NCBI GenBank assembly: GCA_015059545.1
Contig: SVAG01000001.1
Coordinates: forward strand, 167,381-231,380
Reading direction: 5' to 3'
Source of the DNA: Lactobacillales bacterium
GTDB taxonomy: Bacteria > Bacillota_I > Bacilli_A > RF39 > UBA660
Length of the DNA: 64,000 nt
How positions within the stretch are numbered: the stretch's first letter is position 1; the number at the start of each line of letters is the position of its first letter. A model generated the notes under the pieces. The model was not told the DNA's origin and searched no databases. It saw only the letters and a program-made list of their open reading frames with translations. Made by a program: the position numbers and the translations under genes. This document shows, one piece after another, positions 10,992 to 21,133 of this stretch.

Positions 10992-12080
10992 GTGAAAAAA
11001 ATATTTTTTTTAATTGTCGGTATTACATTATTTTTACCTATAAAAATAAATGCTGTATCTACTAGTGCAACTAGTTCAATATTAATGGATATAGATACAC
11101 ATAGAATTCTTTATAGTAATAATATTCATAATCAAAGATCAGTTGCTAGTATTTCTAAAGTAATGACAGCTATACTAGCTATTGAATCAGGAAAGTTAGA
11201 TGATAAAGTTATAATTGGAGATGAAATAAATAAAGCTTATGGCTCAGGAATTTATATAAAAAAAGGAGAAGAATTAACATTAAGAGATTTGGTATATGGA
11301 CTTATGCTTAGAAGTGGGAACGATGCAGCACTAGCAATTGCGAATTATGTAAGTAAAGATACAGATTCATTTGTAAAACTTATGAATGAAAAAGCTAAAA
11401 TGATAGGAATGACTAATACAGAATTTAATAATCCAAGTGGATTAGATGAAGAAAAAGGAAATTATTCAACAGCATATGATATGGCTCTTCTTATGAGTTA
11501 TGCATATCAAAATACAGAATTTAAAAAAATAACGGGAACTAAAAAATATACATTAAAAACAAATAAAAATACTTATGTATGGAATAATAAAAACAAATTA
11601 TTAAATTCTTATAAATATACAACAGGTGGAAAAACAGGATTTACTAAAATAGCAAAACGTACTTTAGTCACAACAGCTTCTAAAGATCATATGAATTTAG
11701 TTGTAGTAACACTTAATGATGGAAATGATTGGGAAGATCATAAAAACTTATTTGAATATGGATTTAATAATTATAAGAATTATAAAATATTAGATAAAAA
11801 TAAATTTAAAGTAGAAGAAGATAACTATTATAAAAATAATAAATTATATATAAAAAATGACTATAATTATCCTATACAAAGTGGAGAAGAACAAAACATA
11901 TTAGTTAAAATGGAACTAAAAAAGATTAGAAAATTAAAAAATAATATGAATGTAGGTGAAGCAATTATATATTTAGGTGATAAAAAAATACATGAAGAAA
12001 AAATATATGTAAAAATAAAAGAAGAAAAAAAAGACTCATTTTTTACCAAATTCAAGAAATGGATAGGTAATTTATGGTAA
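10992..12080 (+). CDS. dacB: D-alanyl-D-alanine carboxypeptidase (peptidase S11, DacB-like, sporulation-associated by context)
   Basis: GTG start after AGGTGA. Signal peptide, then the SxxK (SISK), SxN (SGN) and KTG motifs. It lies directly upstream of spmA-spmB, as in the Bacillus dacB operon. Confidence 0.8.
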   Translation: MKKIFFLIVGITLFLPIKINAVSTSATSSILMDIDTHRILYSNNIHNQRSVASISKVMTAILAIESGKLDDKVIIGDEINKAYGSGIYIKKGEELTLRDLVYGLMLRSGNDAALAIANYVSKDTDSFVKLMNEKAKMIGMTNTEFNNPSGLDEEKGNYSTAYDMALLMSYAYQNTEFKKITGTKKYTLKTNKNTYVWNNKNKLLNSYKYTTGGKTGFTKIAKRTLVTTASKDHMNLVVVTLNDGNDWEDHKNLFEYGFNNYKNYKILDKNKFKVEEDNYYKNNKLYIKNDYNYPIQSGEEQNILVKMELKKIRKLKNNMNVGEAIIYLGDKKIHEEKIYVKIKEEKKDSFFTKFKKWIGNLW

Positions 12081-12658
12081 ATAAAATATGGGGATTTTTT
12101 ATAATATCCGGAATTATTACATGTTTATTCAACAATAATATAGAACTTATAAATAATGAGATATTAAATTCTACAAAAGATTCACTTGATATGATAATAA
12201 AAATATTTCCTGTTATGGCATTATGGTTGGGATTAATGAATATAGCAAAACATTCTGGATTATTAGATAAATTATCAAAAAAAATATCACCGATACTTAG
12301 ATTTTTATTTCCAGAAATACCTAAAAATCATGAATCATTAAATTATATATCTTCTAATATAATTGCTAATATGTTTGGACTTGGAAATGCAGCTACTCCA
12401 TTTGGACTTAAAGCCATGAAATCACTTCAAGAATTAAATAAAAAGAAAGATACTGCTACTAGAAGTATGATAACTTTTTTAGTAATAAATACAAGTGGTG
12501 TTACTATAATACCTACAACTATTATTTCGCTTAGAATGATGTATGGAAGTACTAATCCAACTTCTATTGTTTTACCTTGTATTTTAGCAACCTCACTTGC
12601 TACTATATCAGGAATAATAATCGATAGAATTCTAGCAAGAAGGTGTAATTATAAATAA
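12074..12658 (+). CDS. spmA: Spore maturation protein A (nucleoside-recognition/Gate domain membrane protein)
   Basis: 194 aa. The N-terminus MVNKIWGFFIISGII and overall membrane pattern look SpmA-like, and dacB-spmA-spmB synteny supports the call. Confidence 0.8.
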   Translation: MVNKIWGFFIISGIITCLFNNNIELINNEILNSTKDSLDMIIKIFPVMALWLGLMNIAKHSGLLDKLSKKISPILRFLFPEIPKNHESLNYISSNIIANMFGLGNAATPFGLKAMKSLQELNKKKDTATRSMITFLVINTSGVTIIPTTIISLRMMYGSTNPTSIVLPCILATSLATISGIIIDRILARRCNYK

Positions 12659-12680
12659 TTTTTCTAATTTCATTTTACCT

Positions 12681-13169
12681 TTGTTAGTACTTTTTATAAT
12701 ACTTTATGGATTTATAAAAAAAGTAAATTTATATGATACCTTTGTAGAAGGTGCTAAAGAAAGCTTTGATTTAGTATTCACAATGTTTCCATGTATGTTA
12801 GCTATGATATTTGGACTTAATATTTTTATAAAAAGTGGCATATTAAATTATTTGTTTGATATATTAAAACCTATTGTTAATATACTTAAAGTTCCAATAG
12901 AAGTATTTCCTATGATGATTTTAAGACCAATATCAGGAAGTGCATCACTAGCTTTCTTAAATAACATATTTGAATCATATGGACCAGATTCATTAATAGG
13001 ATTATTATCTTCAGTAATACAAGGATCAACAGATACAACTTTTTATGTATTAACTCTTTACTTTGGTTGTATAGGAATAACAAAAATAAAATATGCTTTA
13101 TGGGCTGGATTATTTGCTGATTTAGTAGGAATAACATCTGCAATTTTAATAGTAAATTTCTTTTTTTAA
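12681..13169 (+). CDS. spmB: Spore maturation protein B
   Basis: 162 aa membrane protein following spmA, with an ILRPISGSASLA motif. The TTG start comes from the ORF track and the true start is uncertain. Confidence 0.75.
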   Translation: MLVLFIILYGFIKKVNLYDTFVEGAKESFDLVFTMFPCMLAMIFGLNIFIKSGILNYLFDILKPIVNILKVPIEVFPMMILRPISGSASLAFLNNIFESYGPDSLIGLLSSVIQGSTDTTFYVLTLYFGCIGITKIKYALWAGLFADLVGITSAILIVNFFF

Positions 13170-13195
13170 AACACACAAATATTGTGTGTTTTTTA
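13168..13195 (+). terminator. Intrinsic terminator after spmB
   Basis: AAAACACACAA pairs with TTGTGTGTTTT around a 3-nt loop, followed by a T-run. Confidence 0.65.
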
Positions 13196-13256
13196 TGTAA
13201 TATAAACTTGATAAAAATTCTTAATTATATTATAATGAACTAGCTAAGGTGATAAT

Positions 13257-14459
13257 ATGAAGTTTGATTTTAGAAGAATATTTGTAAGTATAAGCATATT
13301 ATTTTTAAGTTTTATGGTTGGTTTTTATGGATCAAGATTAGTATATTACTATAAAACAGAAAATAAAAAAAATACAAAAGATTATACATTGATAGAATAT
13401 TTAACAACAGGAGAAAACTTAATAAAAAACAATTTAATGGAAGATAATAATAAATATTATTTTTATAAAAATACAAAAAATAATTATATTTATTATAGTG
13501 GTTTAATGTATAGAATTTTATATATAGATAAAGATACATTATATGTTATAACAGATGAATGTATAACTAATTTAAAATATGGTGAAACTGGTACATATAG
13601 TGATTCAGAAATAAAAAAATGGTTAGAAGAAATATATTTAAATAATTTAGATAAAACTTATTTAAAAAATAATGAAGTCAAACTTTTAGATAGAGAAACA
13701 TATGGAAAAATTGGTGAAAAAGAAAGTTTTGTAATAAATAAAGATTTCTGGGTTTTAGATAATAATGAAGCACTTGTTATAACAGAAGATGGTAGTCTTA
13801 CAAAAACAAGTAATTATAAAGATTTTTTAGGAATAAAACCTGTAATAAAATTAAAAGGAACTACAAAATATATAAAAGGAAATGGATCTATAAATAATCC
13901 TTATATTTTAGATAATAAAACTACAAATACTACAAATGATTTATATGTAGGTAATTATTTAAAATATAAGAATATAGATTTGAGAGTTATAGAAAAAAAT
14001 AATGATGGAATAAAAGTAGTAACTACTAATCCTATAGAAGGAAAATATATTTTTTCAAATATTTCAAATTTATATAAAACTAGTTATAAAAAAGATATAG
14101 GTTATTATTTAAATAATGAATATATAAAATTATTAGATAAAAATGATTTAGTTAATACTAAATGGTATATAGGAAACTATGAATTAGAATATAAAAATAC
14201 ATTAAATAAAAATATAAATTCATATGTTGGTTTATTAAAAATAGGAGATTATTTTATAACAAATATAAAAAATACTTATTTAATAACACCAGATATAAAT
14301 AATACAAATAGTATTTATACAATTAACGATAAAAATGCATTATACTTACAAAGTATAAATGAAAAACTCAATATTTATCCATCATTTACATTAAAAAATA
14401 ATTTAAATATAGTAAGTGGAAATGGACTTAAAAATAATCCATATATAATAGGTGATTAG
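13257..14459 (+). CDS. Membrane-anchored extracellular protein, unknown function (400 aa)
   Basis: N-terminal TM segment. Two modules end in GIKPVIKLKG...GSINNPYIL and GNGLKNNPYIIGD. No family is confidently recognised. Confidence 0.55.
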   Translation: MKFDFRRIFVSISILFLSFMVGFYGSRLVYYYKTENKKNTKDYTLIEYLTTGENLIKNNLMEDNNKYYFYKNTKNNYIYYSGLMYRILYIDKDTLYVITDECITNLKYGETGTYSDSEIKKWLEEIYLNNLDKTYLKNNEVKLLDRETYGKIGEKESFVINKDFWVLDNNEALVITEDGSLTKTSNYKDFLGIKPVIKLKGTTKYIKGNGSINNPYILDNKTTNTTNDLYVGNYLKYKNIDLRVIEKNNDGIKVVTTNPIEGKYIFSNISNLYKTSYKKDIGYYLNNEYIKLLDKNDLVNTKWYIGNYELEYKNTLNKNINSYVGLLKIGDYFITNIKNTYLITPDINNTNSIYTINDKNALYLQSINEKLNIYPSFTLKNNLNIVSGNGLKNNPYIIGD

Positions 14460-15482
14460 ATGAAAAGAAGAATTAAAACATGGGTTGTAGTATTATTTGC
14501 AATATTAGATATAATAGCTGCATCTTGCTTAGTACTGGCTTATGGACCAAATAAAAAATTCAAAACATTTTTAGTAACAACAGCTATGTCAACAATGAAT
14601 CATAAGTATTTAGCACGAACTATTTATAGTGAAAATACTATAAATGAAGTATTAAAAGAAAATACAATAGAAGAATTAGATGAAACAACAGATACAAGTG
14701 CGATAACAATAGGAAATTATGAAACTAAAAATTATGAATCAAAATATGAAGAACAAATATTAAAAAAAGATAAAAATAATGAATTATATAAAATAATAAA
14801 ATTTAAAGAAGATGGATGTACTTACTATATTACAGTAATTTATGATCCATCAAGAATTAGTTTGGCAGAAAGTTCTAATCCGGGAGTGATAGGAAACACA
14901 ATAAAAACAATAGCAAAAAATAATAGTGCTAAAATAGCAATAAATGCAAGTGGTTTTGAAGATTCTGGAGGAAATGGAAATGGTTCAAGAGCAACTGGTA
15001 CAGTTATTAAAAATGGTAAAATAGTATGGACTGGTAAACCTAATAAATGGGGTGGAGGATTAATTGGCTTTAATAAAGAACATAAATTAGTTCTTACAAA
15101 AGAAAGTGCAAGTTCTGCAATAAAAAACGGAATGATGGATGCTGTAACATTTGGACCATTCTTAATAGTAAATGGTAAAGAAGCTAAAGTGTTAGGAAAC
15201 GGTGGATCAGGAGTTCATCCTAGAACAGTAATAGCTCAAAGAAAAGATGGAATAGTTCTATTTATGATAATAGATGGAACTGGTAGTAAAACTGGATATC
15301 GTGGGGGAGCAGGATATGCTAAAATGATAGAAGTTTTAAAAAGATATAAAGCTTACAATGCAGCCAATTTGGATGGTGGAGCATCAAGTATTCTTATAGA
15401 AAATGATAAAATAATAAATAATCCTGTAGGATATTCATCTACTGGTGAAAGAAGTCATCCTAATGCATGGATAGTAAAATAA
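14460..15482 (+). CDS. Phosphodiester glycosidase family protein (NAGPA/DUF2233-like), membrane-anchored
   Basis: 340 aa. N-terminal TM segment, INASGF...GG and ANLDGGASS motifs typical of the family. The start codon abuts the previous stop. Confidence 0.7.
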   Translation: MKRRIKTWVVVLFAILDIIAASCLVLAYGPNKKFKTFLVTTAMSTMNHKYLARTIYSENTINEVLKENTIEELDETTDTSAITIGNYETKNYESKYEEQILKKDKNNELYKIIKFKEDGCTYYITVIYDPSRISLAESSNPGVIGNTIKTIAKNNSAKIAINASGFEDSGGNGNGSRATGTVIKNGKIVWTGKPNKWGGGLIGFNKEHKLVLTKESASSAIKNGMMDAVTFGPFLIVNGKEAKVLGNGGSGVHPRTVIAQRKDGIVLFMIIDGTGSKTGYRGGAGYAKMIEVLKRYKAYNAANLDGGASSILIENDKIINNPVGYSSTGERSHPNAWIVK

Positions 15483-15553
15483 AATAAAAAAGAAAAAAAA
15501 CTTTTCTTTTTTTTCTTTTTATTATATACTATATATAATAGGAGGGGATTAGA

Positions 15554-17131
15554 GTGGTACTTAGAAAACCATATAAGTTTCTTATAAAGCATTTTAAAAT
15601 GATTCACTTAATATTAGCAGTAATAAGTGGATACTTACTTATTAAAACAAATGGAATTTTAAATTTTTTTAATGGGTATTTAAATAATAATCAAACATTA
15701 ATTGGATCAGGAACTGTTAATGAGTATTTTAATAATATTATGTCGATATTCGTAATAGTAGTAATAATTGGTACTATTATTATTGGAATAATAATGAAGA
15801 TGAAAGATAAGCCTATAGTTTTCTATATTGTAAATTTAATAGCTTACATAATTATAGGAGTTATATATGTTTATGACAAATCATTAATTGAAACACTTGA
15901 ATTAAAAGTTTTAGATATAAGAACTATTAAATTAGCTAGTGATTTAACTTTAATCTGTTTCTTAGTTCAAACTTTAAATACAATAATTTTATCAATACGT
16001 GCTGTTGGATTTGACTTAAAAAAATTTGATTTTGGTAAAGATATGGAATTCGAAATTGATGAAAAAGATAATGAAGAATTCGAATTTGATGTAAGTATAG
16101 ATAAAAATAAAATTAGAAGAAATGTAAAGAAAAATATAAGAAATATTAAATATGCATATCATGAAAATAAATTTGTTACTAATATTGTGATTGTAGTAGT
16201 AATAGCTGCAATTGGAATAATGTTTTATTTAAATAAAGAAGTATTTAATAAAGTTTACAAAAAAGGTGAAATGATAAATACACCACAATTTAGTTATTCA
16301 TTAGTAGATAGTTATATAACAGATAAAAACTATAGAAATAACAAGATTACTGATAATTATCTTGTAGTAGCTAAATTAAATATTAAAAATAATACAGATG
16401 AAAAAATTAAATTTGAAACTGCAAGAGTATTATTACATATAGGTAAAGTAACTTATAATCCAACTACTAAATATAAAGATGAATTAATAGATTTAGGTGT
16501 GGATATAGCAAATAAAAGTATAAAAAAAGATTTTGAAGAATATGTTGTTACATTTGAAATACCAAAAGAAGACATTTCTGAAAAAATGATATTAAGCTAT
16601 AACGATATAAGTAATAAAACACATGCAATTAAATTAAATAATATTAAATTTGATAATAAAAAAGAAAACATAAAATCATATTTAATGGGGAATATGACTA
16701 TAGAAGATGAAGTATTAAAAAATGTGAAATTTAAAATTAATAAATTTGAAATAAATAATAAAATTAAATCTATCTATAAATTTTGTGAAACAGATACTGT
16801 TTGTTATGAATCATACGAATATATGGTTCCTACATTAACAGATAATTACAACAAAGTTATTATGAAAATAGAAAGTGAAATTGATTTTAATGGTCAAAAA
16901 ATTAAAAACTTTAGTGATTTATCAGATTTTATTGAAAATTATGGAACAATAAAATATAAAATAGGTGATGCAGAAAAAGAAATGAAAACAAAAATTATAG
17001 AAGTATTACCTACAAAAACAAAAACTAAAGGAGTCCATTATTTCGAAATATATGAAGAAATAAAAGATGCTACTGAAATTTCATTAATTTTAAATATTAG
17101 AAATAGAACTTATCAATATAAAATAAAATGA
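15554..17131 (+). CDS. Polytopic membrane protein with a large C-terminal extracytoplasmic domain (525 aa)
   Basis: GTG start after GGAGGGG. About 5 N-terminal TM segments plus one more near residue 210. No family recognised. Confidence 0.55.
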   Translation: MVLRKPYKFLIKHFKMIHLILAVISGYLLIKTNGILNFFNGYLNNNQTLIGSGTVNEYFNNIMSIFVIVVIIGTIIIGIIMKMKDKPIVFYIVNLIAYIIIGVIYVYDKSLIETLELKVLDIRTIKLASDLTLICFLVQTLNTIILSIRAVGFDLKKFDFGKDMEFEIDEKDNEEFEFDVSIDKNKIRRNVKKNIRNIKYAYHENKFVTNIVIVVVIAAIGIMFYLNKEVFNKVYKKGEMINTPQFSYSLVDSYITDKNYRNNKITDNYLVVAKLNIKNNTDEKIKFETARVLLHIGKVTYNPTTKYKDELIDLGVDIANKSIKKDFEEYVVTFEIPKEDISEKMILSYNDISNKTHAIKLNNIKFDNKKENIKSYLMGNMTIEDEVLKNVKFKINKFEINNKIKSIYKFCETDTVCYESYEYMVPTLTDNYNKVIMKIESEIDFNGQKIKNFSDLSDFIENYGTIKYKIGDAEKEMKTKIIEVLPTKTKTKGVHYFEIYEEIKDATEISLILNIRNRTYQYKIK

Positions 17132-17171
17132 CACTTTTTGTCATTTTTTTCTTTTAAAAAAAACAATATAA

Positions 17172-17180
17172 TGTTATAAT
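17172..17180 (+). promoter_or_regulatory. Extended -10 element TGTTATAAT upstream of giant protein 1
   Basis: Exact TGnTATAAT about 40 nt upstream of the ATG at 17222. The -35 is poor (TTTAAA). Confidence 0.4.
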
Positions 17181-17221
17181 AATTATTGATGGTAAACTAT
17201 AGTATAGGAAAGATGATGTGT

Positions 17222-20200
17222 ATGAAAAATTTAAAAAAATATTTAACAATATCATTAATATTTGTAATATTTTTAATTAATATAAATGAAGTATCTGCAG
17301 CAGCCGCAACTTATAGTGCAAATGCTGGGACTGCTTACAATGGTGGTGCAGTGTCTAATAGTTGTGCAGGTAAGACAAACTGTGCAGTTAGTAGTGATAG
17401 CGAAATGATAATTCAAGCTAAAATGTATTATGTAAATAATGGTTCTTTTGATGTGGTGGGAGCAACAGCTTACTTTGTAGATAGTGATGCATATAATATT
17501 TTAAAAGATAAAGGATTAAATTTAATATATGTGCCTATGTTCAATCAATATAGATCACATGAACAGGCTGCTGAATACTTAAAATCATATTTTGGATCAG
17601 GAGCAAGAACAACAACTGATGGAATAAATTTTTTAAAAACTATAACTGGTTTACAAGATTATTCGGAAATGGTTAGTAATCAAAGTCAAGGTGTAGGTGG
17701 AACAAAAGGATATAGAGTAGTTATAGAACCAGCATATAGATATGCTAATCCAACATTTGGTACAAATTATACATATGCATTAATGACTCCTAAAGGGTTA
17801 GCTGCTGAAAAATATGTAGATGGTGTTAATACTACATGTTTAGGAGAAGTTAATAAACAATCTATATGCATTAGACCGGTTTTAGGTTTAAATTCTCAAT
17901 CTCAATATTTACGTGTTAAATCAAATGATGTAGGAATAGAAGCAGCAAGTGTTGATTATTGTTCTAGACAAGCTGCAATCTCAGATATTGCTAATAAACA
18001 AATTGGTTGCGGATATGATATGATTGATATGAGTAAATATGTGATTGTAAAAAAATGTTATTCACAAAAAGTAAATATTAGCAATAAAAATTTTAGTTGT
18101 AAAAATTATGATGAAAATAATGTTATAAAGTTTACTGAAGAATATAAAAATGATTGTAATTCTACAAGTCCTACAGGCTTTAACGAATCAGGAAAATATA
18201 TAGCAGAAAGTGGAACTTGTAAAATTTATTGTAAAGAATCAGCACAGGTTAGTTTACCTGGAAATATTTCAGGATCAATACAAAGAGGATCTTACTTTGC
18301 GTGGCCTACAAGACCGGACGATGCTAGTGGATTGTATAGTATGAATATGAAATCTACATTAGTTTGTACAATAAAAGATACTGCAGCTCTAGCACAAACA
18401 GTAGGTACAGAATTAATTATGGGATGTCAAGAAAATTTTACACCTTATAATAGAGATACTTGCCGTTCTATAACAGATAAAACAGAGAAAATATGCCCAT
18501 TCGGAACGGAAGAAAGAAATGGAAAATGTTATAAATTAGCAAATGCTACTAAAATAACAGATGCATTAACTACTGAACAAGTTAGTAAAGTATGTCCATC
18601 TGATGGAACATATGAATTAATAGATAATAAATGCTATCATCAAGTTAACCCTACATCAAAAGATGAGGCTTCAACTAGTAAAGTATGTCCAGATGGATAT
18701 AAAACTAATTCAGGTGGAACTGGTGATAAAGCTTGTAAAAAAACGGTTGACAATTGGGTATGTCCACAATACTATAGTACTAATCCTGGAGGGTCAGGTG
18801 ATTACGCCTGTAGATTAAAAAAATATAAATACTATGGTGCAGAGTATGGAAGTGTTGATGGTGGGAAAAGTAGTATTTGTGAATCTGTATATGGAGGATG
18901 GTTTGTAAATGGTAAATATTGCAATCCTTACTCTGATCCTTGTTGTAAAATACCAGATGGATATTGGTATAAACCAAAAGTTAATAGTCCAACTACTAAA
19001 TATGCAGCAAAAAAATGCTTAGGTGGAGAAGATTCAAAAGGAAATTGTAAGCCATATTGTGCAAAAGGAACTGCTGTAAAAGTTGATAAAAAATATAGAT
19101 GTATTGTATGTCCAAGTGGGTATAAAGTATCTAGTGTTGCTGGTAAATGTGTTAAAAAGAAAAATACTGCAAAAGTGTGCCCATCAGGATCAAGTTTAAA
19201 TTCTTCAGATAATAAATGCTATAAAATTGTTCCACCATATTGTACAAAAGGTACATTAATGGATGTTAATTTCAAATATAAATGTTTAACATGTCCAAGT
19301 GGATATAGTGTGTCTTATATAAATAAAGGTAGATGTGTTCAAAATTCAGAAACAGCTAAAGTATGCCCATCAGGATATGTAGAAGTAAAATCTACAGGAG
19401 AATGTTATTTAGCAGCTAAGAAAAACAAACCTAAATTTAGTTGTCCATCAGGGTATACTATGAATTCAGATCAAGAAACATGTAACAAAGTATGTAACAA
19501 AGAAGATTTAGTAAATAAATCAAGCTCAGTAATTATTAGTGATGAAACTAATCCTATCAGTGCTTCATTAGTTGCTGGTTCAAATATAGAACTAAAAAAA
19601 ATAGAAGAGCCTGTAAAAACATTTAAAGAAACAAAAGATAATGTTGATATTTATACATTTGAAAGAGTTGCTCATTTTAAAATTGAAGAAAACACAAATA
19701 GATATTATGATAGATTAACAGGCGCTGTATCTAATCAAGGAGAATCGAGTGAAAGAATTTTTGATAGAGGAGAAGGAGTTATATCAGTTTCTAAAACCGC
19801 AAAAACATATGATGATAATGGAAACATATTTAAATATAAACTTCAAATAAAAGATATTAATATAGGTAGTGGGGGTAGATTTGGTAAATTAATAACAAAC
19901 TATTCATGCGAATATATAGTAACTGAAGATGACGATGATTGTGTTTGTCCGAATGGAACAAAAAATGCTGGAATGTCATTAAATGAACTTACTGCAAAGT
20001 ATTGTAATAATGTTAATAAGACTTGTTCAGAATGGCAATACTTATTATGTGATTCACCATATTCAAAAATACTTGAAATCGAAGGATGTACAGATAAATT
20101 ATATTGCAATAATACACAAACAAATGCAAAAATTAATATAACAGATTGTGTAAAAAAAGAAGCTGATACTAAAACTTTAGATAAAGCAATTAATACATGT

Positions 20201-21049
20201 CAAACAAATCAAACAGAATGTACAAATAATTGGTGTTATAATCAAAAAAATAATAAACCTGTACCTATAGCAGATTGTCTAAGTGAAGGAAATTCAAGAG
20301 AAACATGTTATAGAAAAATGGGATGTACTACAGATATTTGTGAAGATGGAAAATGCTGTACAGGTACATGTAAATGGTCATATGGAAAAACAAAGGATAA
20401 TACTGTAACATATGGATATCAAACATGTAACAATAATAGATATTGTGGATTTATAGCATATTGTACAAATGATAGCAGAAAAACATCTATTCATACAAAT
20501 CAATGTATTCAAAGTAAATTAAAAACAACAAGTATCACTGGATATTTAAATACTGAAAGGAATTTTGAAAAATTAAAAGAATCAGTAGAAGCATGTAAAT
20601 CAACAATTTGTGCATCAAGTGAAAAAATTGTTTATAGAGTTGTAGATTTAACAAATCCTTTCCCTGGAAAAGATGGAATTAAAAATGCTTTAACTATAGT
20701 GAATGCTAATAGAGAACCTGGATACAACTGGAATTCAGAAACAGCTATAAAAGAACAAATTTTAAATGGTAGAGGAGCATCAGGATACGAATTATATAAT
20801 AAAGAACCTCTTATAACAATCAAACTTACACCAAGCGATATAAAAGCAATAAAAAAATATAATGAAACAACACCATATAATAATTTTGATATGAATTGTA
20901 TAAGTGGTGATAGTGCATCAGGATGTATAAGTAATTTTTTACATAAAAATGAACTTAATTTAGATATAGATGGGGTTGCAAATTGTACAAATTTAAATGC
21001 ATCTTCTTCTATAGAACAATTTAACAATTGTTATAACAAAGAGAATTAA
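17222..21049 (+). CDS. Giant secreted Cys-rich protein, paralog 1 (about 1275 aa), with a central CPxGY Cys-repeat cassette
   Basis: Sec signal peptide MKNLKKYLTISLIFVIFLININEVSA (ATG at 17222, 9 nt after AGGAAAG; the ORF track starts at a TTG at 17186). It shares long conserved N- and C-terminal blocks with the ORFs at 21781 and 26300. No LPXTG motif or C-terminal TM seen. Confidence 0.8.
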   Translation: MKNLKKYLTISLIFVIFLININEVSAAAATYSANAGTAYNGGAVSNSCAGKTNCAVSSDSEMIIQAKMYYVNNGSFDVVGATAYFVDSDAYNILKDKGLNLIYVPMFNQYRSHEQAAEYLKSYFGSGARTTTDGINFLKTITGLQDYSEMVSNQSQGVGGTKGYRVVIEPAYRYANPTFGTNYTYALMTPKGLAAEKYVDGVNTTCLGEVNKQSICIRPVLGLNSQSQYLRVKSNDVGIEAASVDYCSRQAAISDIANKQIGCGYDMIDMSKYVIVKKCYSQKVNISNKNFSCKNYDENNVIKFTEEYKNDCNSTSPTGFNESGKYIAESGTCKIYCKESAQVSLPGNISGSIQRGSYFAWPTRPDDASGLYSMNMKSTLVCTIKDTAALAQTVGTELIMGCQENFTPYNRDTCRSITDKTEKICPFGTEERNGKCYKLANATKITDALTTEQVSKVCPSDGTYELIDNKCYHQVNPTSKDEASTSKVCPDGYKTNSGGTGDKACKKTVDNWVCPQYYSTNPGGSGDYACRLKKYKYYGAEYGSVDGGKSSICESVYGGWFVNGKYCNPYSDPCCKIPDGYWYKPKVNSPTTKYAAKKCLGGEDSKGNCKPYCAKGTAVKVDKKYRCIVCPSGYKVSSVAGKCVKKKNTAKVCPSGSSLNSSDNKCYKIVPPYCTKGTLMDVNFKYKCLTCPSGYSVSYINKGRCVQNSETAKVCPSGYVEVKSTGECYLAAKKNKPKFSCPSGYTMNSDQETCNKVCNKEDLVNKSSSVIISDETNPISASLVAGSNIELKKIEEPVKTFKETKDNVDIYTFERVAHFKIEENTNRYYDRLTGAVSNQGESSERIFDRGEGVISVSKTAKTYDDNGNIFKYKLQIKDINIGSGGRFGKLITNYSCEYIVTEDDDDCVCPNGTKNAGMSLNELTAKYCNNVNKTCSEWQYLLCDSPYSKILEIEGCTDKLYCNNTQTNAKINITDCVKKEADTKTLDKAINTCQTNQTECTNNWCYNQKNNKPVPIADCLSEGNSRETCYRKMGCTTDICEDGKCCTGTCKWSYGKTKDNTVTYGYQTCNNNRYCGFIAYCTNDSRKTSIHTNQCIQSKLKTTSITGYLNTERNFEKLKESVEACKSTICASSEKIVYRVVDLTNPFPGKDGIKNALTIVNANREPGYNWNSETAIKEQILNGRGASGYELYNKEPLITIKLTPSDIKAIKKYNETTPYNNFDMNCISGDSASGCISNFLHKNELNLDIDGVANCTNLNASSSIEQFNNCYNKEN

Positions 21050-21068
21050 TTTTATTAATTCTTTTTTT
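21042..21068 (+). terminator. AT-rich hairpin plus T-run after giant protein 1
   Basis: AGAATTAAT (21042-21050) pairs with ATTAATTCT (21054-21062), followed by TTTTTT. Confidence 0.45.
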
Positions 21069-21098
21069 ATTAAATAAATGACACAAATATTAAATGTG

Positions 21099-21107
21099 TG
21101 ATATAAT
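21099..21107 (+). promoter_or_regulatory. Extended -10 element TGATATAAT upstream of the small partner 1 / giant protein 2 operon
   Basis: TGnTATAAT lies 27 nt upstream of the ATG at 21134. Confidence 0.4.
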
Positions 21108-21133
21108 CTATAATGAATGATAAGGGTGATTAT

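Noticed and set aside
12910-13176. Minus-strand 88-aa ORF overlapping spmB, plus similar antisense ORFs at 7669-7902, 11867-12055, 13312-13539, 30401-30703, 31088-31276, 33752-34012, 36660-36866, 37229-37528, 38020-38238, 39313-39624, 40207-40425, 42604-42810, 43420-43629, 49203-49445, 49805-50017, 51189-51371, 52067-52438, 54914-55132, 56750-56935, 58858-59082, 59278-59526 and 59992-60189
   Set aside because: All are embedded antisense or out of frame in well-supported genes. They lack Shine-Dalgarno sequences and have the Phe/Leu/Ile/Tyr-rich composition typical of reverse-complement reading of AT-rich coding DNA.
15483-15530. Possible terminator AAAAAGAAAAAAAA...TTTTTTTTCTTTTT after the phosphodiester glycosidase gene
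   Set aside because: The stem would be almost purely A-T homopolymer pairing with negligible stability, so it cannot be told apart from low-complexity sequence.
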